From assembly GCA_030837225.1 (NCBI GenBank), contig JAUPKX010000007.1, forward strand, positions 65,182 through 129,181: DNA of 64,000 bases, written 5' to 3'. The DNA is from Patescibacteria group bacterium. GTDB taxonomy: Bacteria; Patescibacteriota; Minisyncoccia; Phycocordibacterales; Phycocordibacteraceae. Below the pieces are notes generated by a model. That model made no database searches, was not told the origin of the DNA, and worked only from the letters and a program-made list of their open reading frames with translations. Shown here piece by piece: positions 59,063 through 64,000 of this stretch. The position numbers and the translations under genes were made by a program. Within the stretch, counting starts at the first letter, position 1. The number at the start of each line of letters is the position of its first letter.

Positions 59063-59455
59063 TTACTTGGTGTCAGATGAAAGACGTACGAAAACTTGAG
59101 AACGGCGGCGGCGAATAGGTGCCGAACGACCCATAGCGCGTGGCATAGCACGGACGATCATACCTGCGGAGTCCACGCGGATCTCCGTAACCTTAAGGGT
59201 GTCCATGTCCTCTCCACGAGCCTTGGCAGTAGCCATTGCGGACTCGATGAGCTTCTTTATAGGAAGCGCAGCGCGCTTTGGGAGGAACTGAAGTGCGGCA
59301 ACAGCCTCCGAGACCTTCTTTCCCTTCACGAGCTCCGTAACGAGGCGCACCTTGCGGGGCGACTGGTTGTACGTGTCGATAGACGCGCGGATAGCCTTCT
59401 TTGCTTCCTCCTTGCGGATTGCGGCTGGCTGCTTGTGAGTTCCAGTAGAGGCCAT
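59063..59455 (-). CDS. rplV: 50S ribosomal protein L22
   Basis: Conserved L22 pattern (VSEAVAALQFLPKRAA...). Confidence 0.95.
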   Translation of the reverse strand: MASTGTHKQPAAIRKEEAKKAIRASIDTYNQSPRKVRLVTELVKGKKVSEAVAALQFLPKRAALPIKKLIESAMATAKARGEDMDTLKVTEIRVDSAGMIVRAMPRAMGRSAPIRRRRSQVFVRLSSDTK

Positions 59456-59457
59456 GA

Positions 59458-59805
59458 TTATTTCTTCTTAGGCGCAGCAGGTGCTGCCTTAGCGGCCTTC
59501 GCAGCAGCAATCTCAGCCTGCTGCTTCTTCTGCTCGAGCTGCTTCTGCATCTTTCCTCCGTGACGAGTGAACTTCTTGGTTGAGGAGAACTCTCCTAGGC
59601 GGTGACCAACCATCTCCTCAGTAACGAGGACATCTACGTGCTTCTGGCCGTTATGGACACCGAAGGTGAACCCAATGAACTCAGGAGCGATCTGGCTTGC
59701 CCGTGCCCACGTCTTAATAGCCGGTGTTGAACTCGGCTTCTTGTCCTGAACTTTCTTCAGGAGCTTGATATCGACGTATGGGCCTTTTTTAAGGGAGCGG
59801 GACAT
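59458..59805 (-). CDS. rpsS: 30S ribosomal protein S19 with Lys/Ala-rich C-terminal extension
   Basis: [12 protein letters not shown]... GHRLGEF... conserved S19; about 25 aa [22 protein letters not shown] tail. Confidence 0.95.
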   Translation of the reverse strand: MSRSLKKGPYVDIKLLKKVQDKKPSSTPAIKTWARASQIAPEFIGFTFGVHNGQKHVDVLVTEEMVGHRLGEFSSTKKFTRHGGKMQKQLEQKKQQAEIAAAKAAKAAPAAPKKK

Positions 59806-59938
59806 AGATAGACAATGGAAAGCCCGCCAAGCGGGATAGATAGAATCTATAGGAAACGGGAGGAAGTGTCAAATTAATGGCTTGCGTGCTAGGGTTCCGG
59901 CAGACGTTCACACACACCACAATGAAGGAATACCCCTC

Positions 59939-60370
59939 ATGGCCCAAGAATCGAGCTTCAAAGCAGTCTTCTGGCATAGTTCACCGAGCAACCGCCCGGG
60001 CCAGCTCGGCATCGCTTCAAAAATAGAATTGCGATTTATGGATCACACCGGCTGTACGGCCGTTCTGGTTCAACAAATTGCCGGAATGAGTGAGAAAAGA
60101 CGTAATTTAGTCGAGACCCTGGCACATGACAGCCAAGGCTTTATAGGCCTTTTGCACCGCTTCCGTCTTTACCGCACCAGGCGAAAACTTAGGCGACTGT
60201 ATGGTCTCGCCATTCGGAGAATTTTGAATATTCTTCTCTATTCTCCGAAAGACTCGGAACAGGAGGTGCTGATTCTTCGCGACGATTGGGCTCCTGCGTC
60301 TGCCGCTGAGCGACGTGAAGTCGCAAGAAAGCTACGGGAAGCAACCAGGTTCTATGTTTACGCGTCGTAG
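59939..60370 (+). CDS. hypothetical Arg-rich protein (first gene of the cassette inserted between rpsS and rplB)
   Basis: RBS-like GAAGGAA upstream of ATG 59939; a plus-strand rho-independent terminator immediately follows the stop. No recognisable family; could alternatively be a non-coding transcript. Confidence 0.35.
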   Translation: MAQESSFKAVFWHSSPSNRPGQLGIASKIELRFMDHTGCTAVLVQQIAGMSEKRRNLVETLAHDSQGFIGLLHRFRLYRTRRKLRRLYGLAIRRILNILLYSPKDSEQEVLILRDDWAPASAAERREVARKLREATRFYVYAS

Positions 60371-60389
60371 AATCCAAAGATGCGCCTTC

Positions 60390-60419
60390 GGTCCCCGCAA
60401 TGCGGGGACCTTCTTTTTG
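60390..60419 (+). terminator. rho-independent terminator
   Basis: ggtccccgc-aatg-cggggacc followed by TTCTTTTTG. Confidence 0.6.
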
Positions 60420-60436
60420 CACGCTATACTATTTCT

Positions 60437-61255
60437 ATGATCGACTTCAACACCCCGAACGCTCGCCGCATGGAGGTCCTCGGCGTGGTTATTCTTGTAG
60501 GACTCGTGCTCGCCTTCACCGTCTGGTACATGGCCACCCATAAGGCCCCAGAGCCATACACAGGAATCCCTGTGGTAGCGACAACCACTCCAGAGGCGCT
60601 TCCACCAAAAGTCGTCGAGGAACACGGCCAGTACTTCGACATCGAAGTCTCCTACCCTGCTGAGACCGCCCTCAAGGCCTCTCTTGGAGCCGAAGCGGAC
60701 CTAGAGGCGGTTACGCTCATGGAGGACTTCGTTGAGGAGTCTGTGAGCGAATTCAAGAAGCAAGGAAACTTCGAGAACCTCACACCCGAAGACGTTCAGA
60801 TCATGGGACTCTCCGAGGATCGCAAGGAGAGCATCCAGATCGCATATGAGGAGATTAGGGGAGAAAATACTGTCTCCTACGTCTATGCCCTGTTCGTTGA
60901 TACGCTTGGCGCGCATCCGAACACCTTCTACCGCACCTTCACCTTCGACCTGAAGACAGGCGTGGAGCTCGATATCACAAGCCTCTTCGTTCCCCGCTCT
61001 GATTATCTCCGCCGTCTCTCTGCAATCTCTCAGTTTGAGCTCGCAAAGTCTTTGGGCGAATTCGCGGACGTCGAGTACATCGGCCAAGGCACTAAACCTG
61101 AGGCGCTGAACTTCCAGAGTTTCGTTATTGAAGACGACGAGCTCGTTCTCCTATTCCCTCCATACCAGGTTGCACCGTACGCAGCCGGCAGCCAGGAAGT
61201 ATCGATTCCGCTCGAGCAGCTCGAGGAGATCCTGAAGCCGGAGTATCAGCCCTAA
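60437..61255 (+). CDS. membrane-anchored DUF3298/DUF4163-domain protein (RsiV/PdaC-like extracytoplasmic domain)
   Basis: N-terminal TM anchor then a domain with the DUF3298-type motif FVDTLGAHPNTFYRTFTFDL. Confidence 0.55.
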   Translation: MIDFNTPNARRMEVLGVVILVGLVLAFTVWYMATHKAPEPYTGIPVVATTTPEALPPKVVEEHGQYFDIEVSYPAETALKASLGAEADLEAVTLMEDFVEESVSEFKKQGNFENLTPEDVQIMGLSEDRKESIQIAYEEIRGENTVSYVYALFVDTLGAHPNTFYRTFTFDLKTGVELDITSLFVPRSDYLRRLSAISQFELAKSLGEFADVEYIGQGTKPEALNFQSFVIEDDELVLLFPPYQVAPYAAGSQEVSIPLEQLEEILKPEYQP

Positions 61256-61336
61256 GTAGCAGTGAGATTTTTACCTGGTAATTTCTTCTACGAGCGGTAC
61301 TATCATCTATATAGGTCTTTTCAGAGAGGTGTCACA

Positions 61337-61600
61337 ATGTCCCGCAACGAGAACGGAGTTGCTTACACAGTAACTGGAATCCGGCTCCATTCAATCGATC
61401 ACCTACAGAGAGCTTCTGCCGAAGCTGATGTCGATGGCTTAGACAAAACTATCAACGAATGGATTGCTCGGGCAAAAGATTCGCCCAGCGGATTCGGCGT
61501 TGGCTCACTCGTCTTTTTCGTAAAGGATAAAGACGGGGAAGAAGCAACCATATTCCTTTCAACAACTGAGGGAGAGCTCTTTCTAAGCGTTCCTGCTTAG
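61337..61600 (+). CDS. small hypothetical protein
   Basis: RBS AGAGAGG upstream of ATG 61337; 87 aa; bidirectional terminator follows. Confidence 0.4.
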   Translation: MSRNENGVAYTVTGIRLHSIDHLQRASAEADVDGLDKTINEWIARAKDSPSGFGVGSLVFFVKDKDGEEATIFLSTTEGELFLSVPA

Positions 61601-61620
61601 AACAATAAGCCAGAAAGACT

Positions 61621-61650
61621 GAGGGCCTCGCATTTGCGAGGCCCTTTCTT
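61621..61650. terminator. bidirectional rho-independent terminator between convergent small genes
   Basis: gggcctcgca-tt-tgcgaggccc followed by TTTCTT. Confidence 0.55.
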
Positions 61651-61954
61651 ATGCACCCTTCTCTTCGAGCTGTGTTATGCGTTGCTCGTGATCGAGCACC
61701 ATAACTGAGTCTGTATCAACCGCAGCGAGTGCTGATGTAAGATCATCCTGCACGTCAGCGATAGAAGCTTTGATTTTCTCCGTATTGCGCTCTAGCGTGC
61801 TTAAGCGAACCTCCACAGAATCGACTCGCTGGTTCACCGTGAGGACCGCATCTTTCACGCCATCTATTTTCTGATTAGTCAGCGACAATACCTCAAGCAC
61901 GTCATGCAACGTTGGCTCATGCTCGAACTCTGTTGGCGCGACGTTCTTAGACAT
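61649..61954 (-). CDS. hypothetical coiled-coil protein
   Basis: 101 aa, heptad-like helical composition; no recognisable family. Confidence 0.4.
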   Translation of the reverse strand: MSKNVAPTEFEHEPTLHDVLEVLSLTNQKIDGVKDAVLTVNQRVDSVEVRLSTLERNTEKIKASIADVQDDLTSALAAVDTDSVMVLDHEQRITQLEEKGA

Positions 61955-61984
61955 GCTTCTATACTACACCCATCCGGAGAGAAG

Positions 61985-62012
61985 CAAGAAACCCCGCTTT
62001 CGCGGGGTTTCT
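61985..62012 (-). terminator. rho-independent terminator downstream of rplB
   Basis: Minus strand reads gaaaccccgc-gaaa-gcggggtttc followed by TTGCTTC. Confidence 0.6.
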
Positions 62013-62018
62013 CTTTGC

Positions 62019-62864
62019 TTATCGCTTCTTCCCAACCTTTCGGCGAGAGACGATGAACTTGTTTGAGTACTTCTTCGGTGTACGGGTCTTCTGTCCCTTA
62101 CCGGTCGGCTTGCCCCACATGGACTTTGCGCGGCGGAGACCACGTCCCTGCTTACCCTCACCACCTCCGTGTGGGTGGTCAACTGGGTTCATGGCAGTAC
62201 CACGAACGGTTGGACGGATACCCTTCCAGCGGCTCTTTCCTGCCTTTCCGTAGTTCTGAAGACGCTGCTCCTCGTTGCCAACGGCACCAACGGATGCCCA
62301 TGCGGACTCGATAACCTTACGGATCTCGGACGACGGCATCTTGATCTGCGCGTACCCCGCGTCATGCGCAACAATCTCAGCGTAGTTTCCAGCAGAGCGT
62401 GCGATACGTGCACCTGCTCCTGGACGAAGCTCTACATTGTAGATGAAGGTTCCAGAAGGAATCTTGCCGAGTGGAAGGCGGTTACCCGTCTTAATCGGTG
62501 CCTTCTCAGACACGATGAACGTGTCGCCCACCTTCATGTCCTTAGGGACCGTGACGTAACGGCGCTCTCCGTCTGCGAACACAACGAGTGCGATGAACGC
62601 AGTGCGGTATGGATCGTACTCAATAGTCTCAACGCGTGCTGGAATGTCGTGCTTGTTGTACTTAAAGTCGACATCGCGAAGGCGCTTCTTATGACCGCCA
62701 CCCTGGTGACGAGTTGTAATGCGTCCTGCATTGTTGCGACCTGCCTGATTCTTCTTTGAAGAAAGGAGTGCCTTGTGTGGCTTCACGCCAGGCGTAAGCA
62801 CGCCACGGTACGTGACGACGGTCATGCTGCGGCGAGATGCGGATGTTGGCTTGAAAGACTTCAT
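62019..62864 (-). CDS. rplB: 50S ribosomal protein L2
   Basis: MKSFKPTSASRRSM... and conserved C-terminal GGGEGKQGR motifs. An internal Met start was chosen; the ORF extends to 62897. Confidence 0.95.
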   Translation of the reverse strand: MKSFKPTSASRRSMTVVTYRGVLTPGVKPHKALLSSKKNQAGRNNAGRITTRHQGGGHKKRLRDVDFKYNKHDIPARVETIEYDPYRTAFIALVVFADGERRYVTVPKDMKVGDTFIVSEKAPIKTGNRLPLGKIPSGTFIYNVELRPGAGARIARSAGNYAEIVAHDAGYAQIKMPSSEIRKVIESAWASVGAVGNEEQRLQNYGKAGKSRWKGIRPTVRGTAMNPVDHPHGGGEGKQGRGLRRAKSMWGKPTGKGQKTRTPKKYSNKFIVSRRKVGKKR

Positions 62865-62874
62865 AGTAATCAGG

Positions 62875-63252
62875 TTATGCGAAGGTGATGGTGTCACCTG
62901 CCTTCAGGTACACGTAGGCCTTGTGGCGGCGTGCGCGGGTTCCCGTACCGCGACGAGTGCGGAGCGCTACCTTCTTTGCTGGAAGGTTAACCATACGGAC
63001 CTTCATCGGCGTTACCTTGTAGGCCGCGATGATAGCGTTCGCCACATCGATCTTGGTTGCGCTTGGAGACACCTCGAAGACGTACACACCATTCTCCGAA
63101 GAGATAAGTGCCTTCTCAGAGAACCAAGGGCGCTTCAGGATGTTCGCGAGGCGGTCGTCGCCAACCGGAAGGATGCCGCGACCCCAGTTACGGGTCTCAG
63201 ACTTAGCCTTCTTAGCCTTTGGTGTCTTCTTGTCGTTAGAGAAAAGTGCCAT
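62875..63252 (-). CDS. rplW: 50S ribosomal protein L23 (N-terminal extension)
   Basis: Conserved L23 core (YVFEVSPSATKIDVANAI...VRMVNLP). Confidence 0.9.
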   Translation of the reverse strand: MALFSNDKKTPKAKKAKSETRNWGRGILPVGDDRLANILKRPWFSEKALISSENGVYVFEVSPSATKIDVANAIIAAYKVTPMKVRMVNLPAKKVALRTRRGTGTRARRHKAYVYLKAGDTITFA

Positions 63253-63262
63253 ACAAGTAGTG

Positions 63263-63964
63263 TTATGCCTTCTTTGTTAGGCGAGCCGCAAGAATCGGAA
63301 GGGACTCGGAAGGATTCTCGATAACAAGGAACTTCTTGTTTACGAGATCAACCGGGTTCAGGTTACGAACCTCCTCGAGGGTAAGGCTACCAATGTTGCG
63401 GTAGGACTTCTCGCTCGTGGTGTCCTTCTTCGCGAACGCGAAGACGGCTGCGTTCTTGCGCTTGGTTGCGAGCTCAGCAACACCTGCACCCTTTGCGAGC
63501 GCTACAATCATGGCCTTAGCGTCTGCAGTCTTTGGTGTTGCGAACGCAAACGAGTCAACGAAGATAACCTGGCCATCGCGATGCTTCCTTGAAAGCACGG
63601 TTGCAAGTGCAGCAACACGCATCTTACGGTTGATCTTAACGGTGTAGTCCTTCTCAGCGCGTGGACCATGAGTCACACCTCCACCCTTCCAGATAGGAGA
63701 GCGAGTCGAGCCGTGACGAGCGCGTCCGGTTCCCTTCTGCTTCCAAGGCTTCTTGCCGCCGCCGGATACCTCTCCACGGAACTTGGTGTGTGCCGTTGTT
63801 GGGCGAGCGTTTGCCTGCATACCAATAACGACCTGGTGCACGAGATCAGAGTTCCACTTAACCCCGAAGAGCTCAGCAGGAAGAGAGACAGAACCTGCCT
63901 TCTCGCCCTTTCCGTTCCAAACGGTTGCCTCAAGAGACACCTCCTTAAGAGCGCTCTTAGGCAT
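63263..63964 (-). CDS. rplD: 50S ribosomal protein L4
   Basis: Conserved L4 pattern (KPWKQKGTGRARHGS). Confidence 0.95.
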   Translation of the reverse strand: MPKSALKEVSLEATVWNGKGEKAGSVSLPAELFGVKWNSDLVHQVVIGMQANARPTTAHTKFRGEVSGGGKKPWKQKGTGRARHGSTRSPIWKGGGVTHGPRAEKDYTVKINRKMRVAALATVLSRKHRDGQVIFVDSFAFATPKTADAKAMIVALAKGAGVAELATKRKNAAVFAFAKKDTTSEKSYRNIGSLTLEEVRNLNPVDLVNKKFLVIENPSESLPILAARLTKKA

Positions 63965-63967
63965 AGG

Positions 63968-64000
63968 AGCATCCTTCTTGACAGGAGCCTTCTTTGCGAC
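63968..64000 (-). CDS. rplC: probable 3' end of 50S ribosomal protein L3 gene (partial; frame not resolved)
   Basis: Gene order L3-L4-L23-L2 is expected. Only about 30 nt of Lys/Ala-rich coding sequence lie within the window. Confidence 0.3.

Noticed and set aside
62053-62759. Plus-strand ORFs inside rplB, including one of 196 aa
   Set aside because: They are antisense to rplB, and there is no conservation logic for a gene there.

Overview
This 64 kb window looks like part of a small bacterial chromosome; the gene content is reminiscent of Patescibacteria/CPR-like organisms, which is inference only. Supporting that inference: the ribosomal protein cluster has no L30, several r-proteins carry N- or C-terminal extensions, and a compact type IV pilus/competence locus ends in comFC. 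Coding density is high and most genes are on the minus strand.

Main blocks, in order:
- A tRNA pair (Asp-GTC and a CAT tRNA) with a double-motif LAGLIDADG homing endonuclease gene wedged between them.
- A sugar nucleotidyltransferase and a YibE/F membrane protein.
- A Fur/Zur-ZIP metal uptake pair, convergent with a copper resistance operon (CsoR repressor with a perfect palindromic operator, CopA P1B-ATPase, HMA-fused CcdA-like membrane protein, cupredoxin-like protein).
- A rhodanese, then a metal-sensor ArsR plus copper nitrite reductase NirK.
- A class III anaerobic RNR module: nrdD and nrdG followed by cysteine desulfurase, IscU and an FNR-like flavoprotein.
- A second CAT tRNA interrupted by a 249-nt ORF-less group I intron with classic P7/R/S elements. 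Next to it sit a free-standing HNH endonuclease and a convergent membrane protein with an HEPN-like R-x4-H motif.
- gatC, gatA and ligA.
- A 12 kb type IV pilus/competence locus: four tandem minor pilins, PilD, PilA, PilC, PilT, a receiver domain, PilB, PilO, PilN, PilM, ComFC.
- tRNA-Ser, NUDIX, malic enzyme, RecG, a rare tRNA-Ile(UAU), FtsH, and SmpB with a co-oriented tmRNA (ssrA).
- DUF4105, MntP, infC-rpmI-rplT, a beta-CASP MBL RNase, Ndk, a MazG-like protein, Map, two tandem adenylate-kinase paralogs and SecY.
- A ribosomal S10/spc cluster that is interrupted twice by terminator-flanked non-ribosomal genes.

No CRISPR array or obvious transposase was found. All calls were made by eye from the sequence and the supplied ORF translations; no searches were run.
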